Shown: positions 1-13,899, numbered from the stretch's first letter. The stretch: 64,000 nt of DNA from Mobula hypostoma (GCF_963921235.1 NC_086108.1:40922001-40986000), one strand, 5' to 3'. Made by a program: numbers and translations. Notes: generated by a model not told the origin, from the sequence alone.

Positions 1-759
1 GTACCATGTTTTCCCTGTTCATTCCACATGTAAAATAATGCAAGAGAAGGGCACTTTGCATTTTTTCACTTTGAGGAATATAGTCCAGTTTAAAGGCATT
101 TTCATTATTTTGGAAAAGGTATTACAGCAAAGAGGATGGAGGTTGTCAATCTGTTTGGTCAGGGTCAAGTGGGGTGGGAGGTTAGTGTACTTACAGAGGC
201 CGAGGGGATATTATATGGCCTAGTAGATGTTCTTCTAGCAAGCCATCAGGAGATACTCCTTCCTTTTGGTCAAGGTAGAGTGGGACATGTTCCTGCTGTG
301 AGCTGTGACCACCACAGTTAATTGTCCACCATCACTTTTATGACCATCCTCCAAGCAGCTGAATGCAAGTAAATGGCTCATCTTGAACCTTCAACTTCCA
401 AAGACAAATCCAGTGTAGCAGACCTCCAGCATCATGTAGTCTGCACATTCTACATATTTCTTGAATGATATAACTGTGATTTGTACTGACTTAGTTGTTT
501 GTGGGCATAGGAATGTGAATGAATCCATTCCTTATGCATTGAAATAGATCGGGCTGGGTGTGCACCACATCCCCTCTTTATCACTTGGAAATAATGCAAT
601 GGGAGGAGCTATGGAATAATAAGAAGCTATGCTTCATTAAGGTTTTCTCAATTCAGATGTTTCAAAGATGCTTAAGTAAACTAGAAAATATGTAAAAACT
701 TTAATGACATTAACTCAATATATCATAAATTCAAATGTACCTTCTCATAAAGAAAAGAT

Positions 760-1115
760 CCTTCTTTTTCTTACCTCCTCCCTCTATTTCCACGTCTCCC
801 TCTATTCTTTTATCAACTGCTCTTCCTTCCTTCTTTTATCTCTCCTTCCCATCACTGCCATTCTGCTTGTCGTTATTTTTTTTCCTTTTACTGATTTTTC
901 CTCATTTCTCCCTCTTTCTATCCTTTTCTGTCACTCCCTGCTGTCCCCTTTCTCTTGCTTTCTCCCGCTATGCTCTCTCCAAAGCTTTCCCTAGCTCCCA
1001 TCCTTTGCCTATCCTCCCTCTGATTCTTGTTTCCTTATTTCCATCAGCCTCCTTTCTCCATATTCTAATTTCACACATTGTCTCTGTCTCCATTTCCCAG
1101 TTTCTCTCTCTGTAA
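760..1115. repeat. Polypyrimidine (CT-rich) low-complexity tract
   Basis: Almost exclusively C/T on the + strand; overlapping ORFs are L/S/F/P-rich artefacts. Confidence 0.85.
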
Positions 1116-1797
1116 CTTGCCTGACCCCACCTCTTTCTGGTGGGACAATCTTGCTAACCTGCTATTTCCTCATTGCCCTACAAGTTATTCCCTGCTAGGT
1201 CTTTACCTAGTTCTTCTTTGGAGGACTGACTCTTTGCTTTTACTATCCTGTAAGCAGTGGACTGTAAATCATAGCCACTCTCTGGGCAAAGTGGTTTTCT
1301 TCATATACCCTTTGCATCATCTGGCTTTAACTTTAACCATTTTGTGTCTCTATCACTCCAAATCCTTTCCTGTCCCTTTATCTCTCTTGTTATTTTATTC
1401 TCTTCCTCTTCCCCTGAAGGACGTGCCACACCACAAATACACTCTAACCCTGGATGATTCTCATGCTAATACAAGCAGTCTCCATGTAAGAGAGGTTTAG
1501 TTTCAGAGCTCACAATGATGGGATTAACTCAGTCCCTGTGCTATCTGCTAAACTGAAGAGAGTATGCAGAACCTAATTCTCGGATTGAGCAATGTGGTTG
1601 TCTCAAAGCACTTGCCCTGTCTCAGCATCCAACCTGCACCAAGGATCAGAATCATAGGAACATGGTCTATAGCATGTACTTGTCCACATTTATATATCAC
1701 CAGCATTTTGTTCTGACTGTTCATGAACTTGGAGGGGCTACCAGAATGTTTTAGGATATTAGGTTTTTGGTCTTTTTAATGGTCCAAAGTCATTTAC

Positions 1798-2035
1798 TGC
1801 CTTTCTCTTCCTCTCTCATTCCCTTTCTATCCCTCTCACTCTCTTTCTATCCCCCTCCCTCTCTTTCTATCCCCCTCCTATCTTTCTCCCTTCTCCCTCT
1901 CTCTTTCAGCATACTTCTGTTGCATTACTCCTTGGCCTTCCTTCTCTCCCTTGTTATTTCTACTCATTCCTCATTTCCTCTCTTCCCTTTGCATTCTCTA
2001 CTCTTTCACTTTCCATTTGTACTTGCTGCCTTCCA
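1798..2035. repeat. Polypyrimidine (CT-rich) low-complexity tract
   Basis: ctttctatcccc-type runs with strong C/T skew. Confidence 0.85.
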
Positions 2036-2065
2036 GTAAATAAATGGCTCGCCACAAGCCCCCAG

Positions 2066-2242
2066 TGGGAACCAGTGTGTGAGATCATTCACACCGCCAC
2101 ATCCACCCCCAAACCCCGTCTGAACCAATGCTTGGGTCATTCACCACCCATCCCTCATTCTGAATAAGTGAGTGGGGTCATTCATCGCCATGTAATTTAC
2201 CACCCACTCTGAACCACTGAGTGGGACCACTTACACCCATTG
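2066..2242 (+). repeat. Degenerate tandem repeat, about 4 units with core TCTGAACCAGTGAGTGGGGTCATTCAC
   Basis: Core variants near 2068, 2119, 2159 and 2209, separated by C-rich linkers of variable length. Confidence 0.6.
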
Positions 2243-2479
2243 GGAATCAACTATCGGAACCAGTACCCCCAGGCAGAAACAGAGTTTACCTCTGCATGAG
2301 CCAATTAGGCTATCCAAGACTTGTTAGTAATTCTTTGTGTCATTTAATGATATGCCTCGTGTTCACCAGCACTAATCTAACTACCCTTTGAATGATATAA
2401 TGAACTTCAGTGGTCTCACATTCTAGCTATAGTCCAAACAAAGAAAACCTTGGAAACCAGTTGACCTCCTCAGTCCACT

Positions 2480-2598
2480 TGAAGGCTGCCAAACCAAAAC
2501 ATTTACTGTGCATCTCTCTCTACAGATGCTGCCTGACCCATTGAGTTCCTCCAAGATCTGCCCCATATTCCAGCATCTGAGTTTTCTTGTGTCTCTGA
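2480..2598 (+). mobile_element. Penelope pseudo-LTR-derived fragment
   Basis: gatgctgcctgacccattgagttcctcca...ccagcatctga...ttgtgtctc matches the pLTR sequence seen at 13437-13560 and 42590-42660. Confidence 0.7.
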
Positions 2599-3869
2599 CT
2601 ATTCTACTTCCTCGATTAATGTTAGTGATTCAATAGGGATTAAATGGACACTGAATTCAATGTAGGATCATTGCTCAGGCTTTTGAAGTTCATTTCCTTT
2701 CAATTTCACGTCTGGTGAAGCTCTCCCCCTTTCCGTTCTTTGTTGTTTGCTTCCTTCTCCCACTGAAGACTCTATTCTGGGACAGTCCTCAGAGAGCTGG
2801 CAATGTTTCTGCTTCCCATTTGCCCAGTCTGGTTCTTGTGCACGTGTGTGTTTGTTTGCACATGCCCACAAATAAATATGTGCAAAGGACAACCTTGACC
2901 ATGCAGAGTAGCATGGAGACTGTGGTAATGCCGGTAAACCCATAATCTAAGGACATTAACCATTCAACATGCCAAAGCCTTTGGACCGAAGCTGGAAACT
3001 CATCCTTCTCTGTAGATCAGATCAAACAGTCTACCATCAACAATGCATGATCTTTCCAACACATCATTGACCTAAATGAGTGTCGTCAACAAAGGATTTT
3101 AAAATTTTTCACTTCTTCTCCATCTTATCGTGTTCTGTTGGGTTGCTCTATCCCCATTATTAATCTTTGCAAGTAGCAATGTTATGGAGTTTGAAGATTC
3201 TATAGGGTTTTCATCAACTGAGCAATGACAAAGTAGTTCTTGCTGTCAACTCAGTGTCCAGGCCCCATATGAAAATATCCATATACAAAAAAGTGAATAA
3301 CCTTACAAGTACTGTGAAGGAATATGTTGTTGGCATAGTAATTCCAGAAGTCCAGCTATAACTCTAGATGGTTCAAAATAAAGGCAAACCTCAGAGGCAT
3401 AATTCCCAGTTACTGAAATAAAATCTGCTCCTTAATAGAAATTGCATTAATTTTTAACTTCCTGAGGGAATCAATCAGCACAACAACTGACTATCACATT
3501 CTGATACCCATGCCTTTCCTGATGCTTTGGACATTATGTCATGATTCTCACCCTGCTTAAATATTAATGATATGTAATGCAAATTAACATGAAGACACAA
3601 ATCATCTCTGGAATTAAATTCACTGCTTGAAACTCAGAGCTGAATATTCAAACAATGTATGGACTACTTGGCCCTCATCACAGAGTTCCTGAAATGCATG
3701 CAATATTCTTCTAACCATACACTAGCAGATTTTTTTCTCTCTCAGCTGACCACTGGCTTCTCTAAACATACCACAGCTCTTAAAATAAAACAATTTTCTT
3801 TCCAACCTTCTCAATGAAACCTTGTCTGCAACCACAGGAGTTACAGCACCTTTCCATTAACCTCCTCCT

Positions 3870-4445
3870 TTGCCATTTTGCAAACAGTAACTTTTTGTTC
3901 TTCTGTCACTTTACAATATTGTATTCGCTGCTCACGGTATGGCCCCTTCCATAACAGGGAAATGAATTTCATTTAGTTTGTAGGCACTTCTCCTCAGTCT
4001 CCAAGTATGATCTTGAGCTTCCATTTGCTTGCCATTCTATGTACTGCCCTTCCCCACTGCTCCAGACCCTTCCCTTATTTTGTTTAATGCCTTATCACTC
4101 TGTCATTATTTCTTTTGTCATTTAATTTCTTCGACTTTTCATTCAATCATAGGTCTTCACATTCATCCTTCATCTTGTCTCCCTAACAACCACCTCTGCA
4201 CTTACTTTAAGCAAATTACATCTGTAATTTCCATGGTGATGAGGGGTCCCGACCTGAAACAGTAACTGTCCATTTCTCTCCAGAGACGCTGCCTGACCCA
4301 CAGAGATCCTTCATCTCCTTTGTGTGTTGCTCCATATTTCCAGCATCTGCAGTGTCTTATGTCTAAATCTCTAAACTTAGTCAACTGCTGATGAAAGGAG
4401 TTCCTCTTTCTAAGAATGCAGTCTGATCTGCTGTTTATTTCCAGC
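3870..4445 (+). mobile_element. Old Penelope 3' remnant with degenerate pLTR/hammerhead
   Basis: gtgatgaggggtcccgacctgaaacagtaactgtccatttctctccagagacgctgcctgaccca at about 4236-4300 resembles the other pLTR copies. 5' boundary approximate. Confidence 0.6.
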
Positions 4446-4899
4446 CAATTCTTTATCCATTACCCCTTCAGTAATGCGTGAGTATTGCACTGCTGTCCAT
4501 CCCTCCACTGGCTGCAGGTTATCGGTTTCCTTCTCTGATATCCCATGCAACTTGAGCAGAAATCACCTACAACTAAATGTGAGGAGGACCCAGCCAGCTG
4601 ACCTTAGTCCCCTGTCCAAATTTTATTTCCCAGTCACCAACACCACTACTCCCACTATTCAAAGTGAAACCAGGTTGTTGTGTTACCAACAAGACTTATT
4701 TCACCTTCCTTGACATCGACAATCTCTGTCCTTCACCTAATTAATTCATCAGTGAAACAGTGAATTATGCCTTAGTTACTTACAGGGAGTCTATTTCAAA
4801 CACTGGTATCTGACCTCCAGGATTCATGTTATACTGGCAAATCTGAAATTACACTGTGCCTCGTTTGTATGGACTTACATTGACACCTGATTAATCAAT

Positions 4900-5310
4900 A
4901 TCTGTTCTGAAATTCCTCAATCTTGTGTTTAATTTCTGCTGTGCTCGCGGCACTTCCTCTTTTAGTAGCCTCCTTCAGTCTTATAACCCTACCAGATATC
5001 TGTGCTCTATCAATTTATGCCTCATTAACAGGCTGCAATTTAACTTTTCCGCCATTTGCAGCCACACTATCAGCTGGCAAGGCCCTGAGCTGACTACTGG
5101 CTGATGGCCTCGAGGTCAAAGGTGTTTACTTCGAAGTACTTTTCCACTAAACCTTTCAACATTTCCTTCTCTTCCTTTTTCTTCTATGACTTTTATTAAG
5201 ATTTATGTTTTTGTCCAAGTCTTATGTCATTTAGACTAGTTCGGTGTCAGTTTTTTATATAGCAGTCCGTATCTTTAATATTTTATAGCATTGTGGGTAT
5301 TCTGCACAAA
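4900..5310 (+). mobile_element. Old L2-type LINE 3' remnant
   Basis: aaccctaccagatatctgtgctct...gccatttgcagccacactatcagctggcaaggccctgagct...ttggtcat-like end resembles chondrichthyan L2 3' ends (recognised from memory). Confidence 0.5.
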
Positions 5311-5679
5311 AATCCTCGATGTTGTTGAACCCTAGAATCAGAGACTGCTATCTGAACGTTTTAAAACTGACCGACTGTATTCCTGTCCCCTAGGAGAGTG
5401 GGAAAATGTACAATGCAATGCTGTTAGATGATTGAGGCCTGCCTAACAGAAGCATTGATAGAATACCAGCCACTATCATTGGTGTCTTACCATGTATGCA
5501 AAAGGACCAGATAATTTTTTAGCATTCTTCCTACAGATGGCCGGTCTACATTTGTGGTATGTTGTGGACGCTCAGTTATCAACAAGTTGAGCAGATTTGC
5601 TGTGCAGTAGAAGACTCCTGGGATAACTTGGACAAAGATATTTCTCTTTTGAAGTTCCATCAACCTATTCGTCCAAAGA

Positions 5680-5778
5680 ACACAAGAACCCAACAGATTA
5701 CAGCAAGATTGGACACAAGAACCCAGCTGATTACAGCAAGATTGGACACAAGAACCCAGCCCAGCTGATTACAGCAAG
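5680..5778 (+). repeat. 33-bp tandem repeat, about 3 copies (GATTACAGCAAGATTGGACACAAGAACCCAGCT)
   Basis: ACACAAGAACCC recurs at 5680, 5713 and 5746; units nearly identical. Confidence 0.92.
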
Positions 5779-6832
5779 GTTGTGTTGAGTTGAGCTTATG
5801 GCAATGATAAACTTATTGGATTTTGTGTAAGAATGGCCAGAGTGGAAAATATGAATTCATTGTTGCTAGCATTATTGCTTGCTGGGATTTCAGATGGCTG
5901 CTTTTCTATAGGGGAACTGTAGAGTCAATATCTCTGACATTTTATCAATTTCCTCTGCAGAGAATGAATCCTATGCATAGAATTAATGTTGAAGAATAAT
6001 TCAATATTATTCAACACTAATTAGCATAATTCTTAACTGTTGCTGATTTAATATTTAATAAATCAATTTAATTGTCCCTTTTATTGGAACTCATTAAATA
6101 AAGCCATCATTTGCAATTGTCTCTGAATCAGTACATTTATCCTTGATGTTAAACAAAATGAGTTATCATTTTGGATTTTTTTTGCTAAATATACACGCTG
6201 TAAGATAATTCCATATCATACATATTTGGATTTTGGAGTGTCCCTTTAATTCTATATTCAATAAACTTTCATTTCTTTAGTTTATTACCTTATTCTATGT
6301 AAAATGTAGAAGAAGTTACATCAGTTAGAATTTTGGTTTCTATCATGTATACATTCCTTTAAAATCAACTGTCCATTATAACAAGCAACAACAGATGCTG
6401 AATGATTCTTTTAAAAAAGTAGATAGTTTCCAAATTTAAAAATATTTACATCCGTATTTGACATCTTCATTCCCAGGATCTATTGATGGATATATAATTC
6501 TCAACTAATTTATCTTTAACAATAAATCTATCAGATTATATATAAGTAGTGACAACGCGTTGTAGGAAACATTAAATCCTTCGGCAATAATTGGAATTTA
6601 ACCAAGATGAATCTCATCATAATATATTTATGCCAACCCTCTAAGTTATATATTTTTGTCAGTCAAAAAGCCCTAACCCAACAAAGATGGGTTATAACCA
6701 AATATTAACTTTTATTTTGAGCACAACATCCCTTGTGGGTTTCATGGACATTACTAAATATAGAACTACTTATGTGTACTTTACTTGTTCTGTACTTGTG
6801 TTTGACGTGGGACATGTTAAATATGTATTTTG

Positions 6833-6910
6833 GGAGTCGGCCATGGTGACTCAGTGGTGACAACTCTATGGTGACTCTTATCTGTGAGTCAGAAGGTAGT
6901 GGGTCAGTCT
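6833..6910 (+). mobile_element. Degenerate tRNA-derived SINE head
   Basis: A-box-like tggtgactcagtgg followed by tgagtcagaaggtagtgggtcagtc (decayed B box). Confidence 0.5.
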
Positions 6911-7506
6911 GGACCAACAGATAAAAACCAAGGGATAGGACTAAAACCCTTTTCCTCATTGTTATGAATTCCCCTACCCAGGAAAGATATGGGTAAATAT
7001 TAGTGGTACAGAGTGTGTTTGGATGTTTGGAGAGTAAAGAGTTTTCTCACTGGAAAATGTGGTTGCCCTGTAACACTCACAATTGTGTGGTTTACAACTT
7101 CAGCATCTATGTAGTTCAGGAAGTCTTGTCATAAACCATGGGCTGTAAGGAAAGCCAGATGGGATAAGAAAAACATCAAAAATTCTAGAGCCGATCAGAT
7201 GTCAGATTGATTGGTTTGGTGAGAGATCTTGCCTAAAGAAAATATTAAATATTTTTTTTGCTTTCATGTTTGCAGGTATTGAGCTAGAGGCAGCTACTTT
7301 AATTAGGATAGGCTGGAAATCTAATATAAAGTGCTGGTGTGCAAAACACGAATCACTGAACAGAGTTGAAAAAAACTTGGAAGCTATCCAGAAATGCAGT
7401 TTTTCCTATTTTTGTACAACTTAGAAAACGTTCATTTGGCCCTTTGAGTCTGTGCTGGCTCTTTGGGCATTCCCATTAGTCTATTTCCCATTTATTTCCC
7501 TGAAAA

Positions 7507-7753
7507 GCATAGTGGTTAGCACAATTCCCACTACCACCAGTCAGGAGTTTGTATGTTCTCCCTGTGAGCATGTGGGTTTCTTCCAGATGCTCTGGTTTCC
7601 TCCCGCAGTCTAAAGATGTACTGGTAGATAGGTTAATTGATCATTGTAAATTGTCCCGTGACTAGGCTCAGGTTAATTTGAGGATTGCTGGGTGGTGTGG
7701 CTCGAAGGGTCGGAAGTATCTACTCTGTACTGTATCTCAATAAAATAAATAAA
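7507..7753 (+). mobile_element. V-SINE (HE1/HER1-like)
   Basis: V-domain ggagtttgtatgttctccctgtgagcatgtgggtttcttccagatgctctggtttcctcccgcagtctaaaga, then a CR1-like tail and an (AATAA)n end. Confidence 0.85.
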
Positions 7754-7944
7754 ACCTTTGATCTATTCACATGTCCATGGAGCCTGCTCTGTGTTCCTGC
7801 AATCCACAGACATTAGGAACAACTTACAATGGCCAATTAGCCTACCATTCATTGCGGTTTTTTGAGCACCCAGTGGAATATCTGGCAATGAGGTATTCTG
7901 CCAGATGATTTGGACAGTTTGCTCAGGGAACCACCTGACCATAT

Positions 7945-9850
7945 ACTAAGTGCCTCTGTTGCAAAGTATTTGCGGGATATTCTGCACTGACCACTGCCTG
8001 AACTTGTGGTGAAAGGTGTTTACTTGGAACGACTCTTCCACAAGGGACAGGTAGTGCAGCAGTGTCCAGCTGTCTGGGATGTCATGCAATAATGGGGTCA
8101 GGCCTATCTTCCGTAACACCAGGGACAGATAGAACCTCAGCATGTGGTGACACAATTGGGCACATGTGTCACCTGATACAGCCACACATGAAGGCAGTCA
8201 TCAGGATGAGTAACGTGGGTACACTTTTGCCCTCATTTGGGGACTTATGCATTATGTTCTATCGTTTTCACTCCACCTGAGACACCTAAATAAAGTGGAA
8301 GACAACCTGGAGATTACCAAAGCAGAGGAGCAGGAAATATACCATAAATGTGACGAGTACAGCAGTCCCGTGAGCATATCTTACCTTATAACTAGGTTCT
8401 TTCCAGTTGTTGAGAGAGAATGCTATTTCCACAGACCCAAGTTTTGTTTTACCTACCCATTCAGTTTCAACCAATTCCTGTTATACAGCTCAGCCCTGTT
8501 GAACCAAATCCCCAGTACCCTCAGGTAGTCAGACCTGACAGTGAAGGCAACATTTATCGGGCTAGTTACCGAAGAGCCTGGCCTTGGTCTTCCTGCAGTT
8601 CATACTGGCCCCCAGTGTCAAATCATACTGGTCACAGATGCTGAGCAATTAGCAAACTGACTGTAGATCTGGGCCGAAGATGGTGACAATCATCAGGGAG
8701 TTACAGGGAGGTTTATACTTCTGTGATTTAACTATACTGGACAATATCACCCTTCTCATGCTCTCATTCTTCCTGATAGATTCAGCAAAGGGTTCTGTGC
8801 AGCACACAAACACAACAGGGGAGAGTGGGCAGCCCTACCTGATCCATACTTGTTGGCAATCTATCTGTCCTTCACCCATTAATTTGGACTGCACTCCGGA
8901 TATCTGTATAGAACAGTTGGATCTATTTTCCAATTTCCACCCTAAAACCAATATTGGAGAGCACATCCGTCATGTACATGTGTGATAATCTACCAAAGGC
9001 CTTCTCCTGGTCCTAACTATCAGGTCCATGCTCTTCCAGATGTCCTGCACATAGGTGATGGTATCCCTGAGCAACACAAAGGTGTCAGAGGTTTTCCTGC
9101 CTGGTTTTGATCTGGATGGATCACCTGTCCCTGAGCAAACTTGACCCAGTTGAAAATAGCCTTAGTCAAGATATTACAGCACATTCAACAGTAAAATGGA
9201 TCTACGATTCCTGAAGTCCTCCCTCTCCCTCTTCTGTTTATTGATGAGATAGTGATGCCCTTCCTCATGGAGTCTGACACGTGGCCAGCCAGAAGCATAG
9301 TGTTAAACATTTCCATCGGGTCTAGGCCCATCCTGTCTCACAGAGTCGAGTACAACTCCTTCGGTAAGCTTTACCAAGGGAACGGAATGAGCCAGTCATC
9401 TTCACTGGGGTCAGTGACTGATCTAGACCCCCTCACTTGCTATCACTTAAGACTTCCATGATAGAGGACAGGGCATCCTGGGAAGCTGTGCTGTCAGTGG
9501 CCCCTTTGTCAGACAGACTGACATGTAAGGATCTGCAGACCCTTAATATGTCTGTCTATAACGATGTTACTGAGCCATCCTCTTCCTTGAAAGGTCCTCC
9601 TGTGAACCTTTTGGAAGAAGTGTGAGCAAGTTTCACCCTTTTTCACAGATCACACCCTGGATCAGATCTTGGAGGCAAATAGAATAGTTTGCCTGCTCTT
9701 CATCCCCCAGCGTTCCGCTCTCAAATCCATCCCCTCAACTGCAGAAGGAGAAGTTGCTGCAATTTCCCCCTGGCAAGTACTGGATATCTTGCCTGGAAAT
9801 CTCAAACAACTGTTAAGACTCAACCATATTGATAGGGATTTGGAATCACA
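7945..9850 (-). mobile_element. Degenerate Tx1-type (L1 clade) LINE, ORF2/RT remnant
   Basis: Minus-strand conceptual translation around 9040-9600 gives EEDGSVTS..DILRVCRS, SMRKGI..EREDFRNRRSILLLNV, QVIHPDQ and LLRDTITYVQD, typical Tx1/L1 RT motifs, with many stops and frameshifts. Confidence 0.8.
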
Positions 9851-10684
9851 TTTAGGTTAAATCAGATCAGATATCCTTGCCTATAGGACATCAATGAATC
9901 TGATAGATTTTTTTTTGAACAACAATATTTATGAATGTATTACTGATACTGTTCTTATTTAAATTCAGATCAATTCATATATGTGAATGTAAATTACTCG
10001 TAGTGGGGTCTAAATTTGCATCTGCAAATCAGTACTCCAAGTCTCTGCATTTGTTAAAGCACTCAGGCATTGGGAAAGATAGACCAGAGAGCAGTTACAA
10101 AGTAACTGAAAGTGAGACTTGCAGTGGGGAAGTAGATGGTATGGAGAGCAAGAATTAATCTTTTGCTGGAGGGGTAATGGGGAGGAGATCACTGAGATAA
10201 ATGGTTTGCTTCCATCAGGGACTTGACAAAAATGACAAGAATCTCGTTATCAGTTTGACAAGATGCTAGAAGCAGGTTTGGATTAGCAAGGGCATATGGA
10301 GAGAACATAGCCCTCAGTTATCCAAGTTATTTTGGATAGTGGAGGTCACAAGAGCGATTTATACCTTTGTAGCATCCTTTGTGTCACAGAGCATCACAAG
10401 ATACATCACAAGAGCCTTTTCAGGCAGGATGTGATTCTGAGCCACTTTAAAGTCATTAGGCAGGTGAGAAAAGTTTTGGTCAAAGAAGGCGAGATTCAAG
10501 TACCACCTTAAAGGGGGAGAAGGGAGAGAAATATGAATGGTTCTTGACTCCACTGATGGTGAATTAAGTAAACTTATAGTTGATCAAGTCCTGAAATTAG
10601 ACAAGTGTTGCTGTCACAGAGCATTATGGGATGAAGGGGATTGGACAGTCAGAAAGGATTGAGACAGTGAGGTTTATTAAATAA

Positions 10685-12922
10685 CTGGATATGATTAGGG
10701 AGCTTAGGTAAATAAATCCTTAGGGATTAGTGATCATAATATGATTGAATTCACCCTAAAATTTGAGAAGGGGAGGCTAAAGTCAGATGTATCAGTATAA
10801 CAGTGGAGTAAAGGGAATTACAGAGGCATGAAAGAGGAGCTGACCAAAGTTGATTGGAAGGGGACACTAGCAGGAATTACGGCAGAGCAGCAATGGCTGG
10901 AGTTTCTGGGAGCAATTTGGAAAGCGAAGGTAGATTCATCCCAAAGAAGGGGTAGTATTCTAAAAGCAAGACAATACAACAAAGGCTGCAAGTGAAGTCA
11001 AAGCCAACATAAAAGCAAAAGAGGGGGCATATAATAGAGCAAAAATTAGTGAGATGTTAATGGATTGGGAAGCTTTTGAAAACCAACAGAAGGCAACTAT
11101 AAAAACAATAAATGGAAAAGATGGAATATGAAGATAAGTTAGCCAGTAATATGAAAAAATACCAAACATTAGTCACATATTTAAAGAGTAAAAGAGAGGT
11201 GAGAGTAAATATTTGACTGCTGGAAAATGATGCTGGAGTGATAGTTATGGGGGTCATGGAAATAGCGGACAAACAGAAGTATTTTGCATCAGTTGTCACT
11301 GTGGAAGACACTGGTAGTATGCTGGAAGTTTACGAGTGTCAGGGGCACTCAGGAATTTTGAGTTAGTGAGTATAGGGAGATGGTGCTTGGGAAACCAAAA
11401 GGTCTGAAGGAAGATAACTCACCTGAACCTGATGGACTACAACTAAGGGTTCTAAAAGAGATTGTGGAGGCATTACTAATGATCTTCCATGAATCAATAT
11501 ATCCTGGCATGGTTCCAGAGGACTGAAAAATTGCAAATGTCACTCCACTCTTCAAAAAGAGGGGGAGGCAGAAGAAAGGATATTATAGACCAATTAGCCT
11601 GACCTCAGTGGTTGGGAAAATACTGGAGTCAGTTGTTAAGGATGAGTTTTCGGGGTACTTGGAGGAACATGACAAAATAGGCTAAAGAGAGCATGGTTTT
11701 CTTAAGGGAAATGTTTACCTGACAAATCTGTTGGAATTCTTTGAAGAAATAACAAACAGAATATACAAAGGAGAATTAGTGGCTGTTGTTTACTTCGATT
11801 TTTAGAAGACCTTTAACAAGGCGCCACACATGAGGCTGCTAAACATGATAAGATCCCAGGGTATTACAGCAAAAATACTAGCATGGATAGAACATAGGCT
11901 GATTGGCAGGATGCAAAGAGTGGGAATAAAGGGATCCTGTTTGAATTGGCTGCCAGTGACTCAAGATGTTCCACAGGGGTCTGTGTTGGGACTGCTTCTT
12001 TATACATATAATGTCAATGATTTGGATGATGAAATTGGTGGGTTTGTGGCCATATTTGTAGATGATACAAAGATAGGTGGAGGGGCCGGTCATATTGAAG
12101 AAGCAGAGAGGCTGCAGAAAGACTTAGCCAGATTAGCAAAATGGGCAAATAGGTGACAGATGGAAGTGTACGGTCATGCACTTTGGTAGAAGGAATAAAA
12201 GCATAGACTATTTTCTAAATGGGGAAAAAAATTCAAAAATCTGAGGTGCAAAGGGATTTGGGAGTCCTCATGCAGGATTCCCTAAAAGTTAATTTGCTGG
12301 TTGAATTGGTGGCGGGAAGGGAAATGTAACGTTAGCATTCATTTCAAGAGGACTAGAATACAAAAGCAAGGATATATTGCTGAGGCTGTATAAGGTACTA
12401 GTGAGAACTCACTTGGAGTATTGAGAGCAGTTTTAGGTCCCTTATTTAAGAAAGTGTTTGCTGACATTGGAGAGGGTTCAGAGGAGGTCATGAGAGTGAT
12501 TCCATGAATGATAGGGTTATCATTGGACTTTAGAAGAATAAGGGGATCTCATTGAAACCTATCAAATTTTGAAAAGCCTCAACAGAGTGAATGTGAAGAA
12601 GATGTTTCCTTTGGCAATTGGGTCTAGGACCAAAGGGCACAGCCTCAAAGTAGAGGGATGTCCATCTAGAATAGCGATGAGGAGGAATCTCTTTAGCCAG
12701 AGAGTGGTGAATTTGTGGAATTCATTGTCACAGATGGCAGTGGAGGCCAGATAACTGGGTGCATTTAAGGTGGAGGTTGATAGCTTCTTGATTAGTCACG
12801 GCATGAAAGGTTATGGGAGAAGCCAGGAGAATGGGGTTGAGAGGGAATGGATCAGCCATGATGAAATGGTGGAGCAGACTCAATGGGTTAAATGGCCTAA
12901 TTCAGTTCCTATGTTTTATGGT
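10685..12922 (+). mobile_element. CR1 LINE, 5'-truncated (endonuclease C-terminus, RT, 3' tail)
   Basis: SDHN motif near 10730; ORF 11830-12156 has [21 protein letters not shown] 12569 has FSQRVVNLWNSL; tail aatggcctaattcagttcctatgttttatgg. Confidence 0.95.
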
Positions 12923-13436
12923 GTGAGAGTGTAAACTGAATGAGGCTTGAGCAACCTGACAGTAGAAGACTGGCTTAGATTTGAGTGGCTTCAGCACACA
13001 TAGGCACTAACATTTTAGATAATAAAAATGGCAGATGGAATTTAATGCAGTGAAGTGTGAGGTGTTGCAATTCAATAGGACCAACCAGAGTAGGTCTTAC
13101 ATCATGAATGACAAAGGACTGAGGAGTGCGATAGAACAAAAGAACCTGGGAATACAGGTCCATAATTCACTGAAAGTGGTGTAACAGATAGATAAGGTTG
13201 TTAAGAAAGCTTATGGAACATTTGCCTTCATAAATTAATGTATTGAGTACAGGAGGTGGGATGTTATGTTGATGTTGTATACATTGCTGGGGGCTAATTT
13301 GGAGTATCGTGTATAGTTTTGGTCAGAGACCTACAGGAAAGATGTAAATAAGGATGAAAGAGTACAGAATAAATTTTCAAGGATGTTGCCAGGTCTGGAG
13401 AACCTGAGGTATAAGGAATGATTGAATAGGTTAGGA

Positions 13437-13899
13437 ATGCAAACACAAGGAAATCTGCAGATGCTGGAATTTCAAGCAACACACATAAAAGTTGCTGGTG
13501 AATGCAGCAGGCCAGGCAGCATCTCTAGGAAGAGGTACAGTCGACGTTTCGGGCCGAGATGCTTCATCAGGACTAACTGAAAGAAGAGCTAGTAAGAGAT
13601 TTGAAAGTGGGAGGGGGAAGGGGAGATCTGAAATGATAGGAGAAGACAGGAGAGGGAGGGATGGAGTCAAGAGCTGGACAGTTGATTGGTAAAAGGGATA
13701 TGAGAGGATCATGGGACAGGAGGCCTAGGGAGAATGAAAGGGGGAGGGAGGGGAAAAACCCAGAGGATGGGCAAGGGGTATAGTGAGAAGGACAGAGAGA
13801 GAAAAAGGAGAGAGAGAAAAAGAATGTGTGTATATAAATAAATAAATAATGGATGCGGTACTAGGGGGAGGTGGGGCATTAGCGGAAGTTTGAGAAGTC
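13437..13899 (-). mobile_element. Penelope 3' end/pLTR insertion with about 12-bp TSD
   Basis: Closely similar to 54981-55395; flanked by aataggttagga (13425-13436) and aatagattaaga (13900-13911). Confidence 0.9.
13538..13575 (-). ncRNA. Minimal type I hammerhead ribozyme (Penelope pLTR), stem II weakened
   Basis: Minus strand reads UAGUC CUGAUGA AGCAUCUCGGCCC GAAAC GUC GACUG. Confidence 0.75.

Noticed and set aside
704..2039. Membrane-protein-like ORFs
   Set aside because: Hydrophobic translation is an artefact of the CT-rich tracts.
2066..2242. CRISPR-like repeat-spacer array
   Set aside because: Units are degenerate, linkers are low-complexity and of uneven length, the context is vertebrate, and there are no cas genes.
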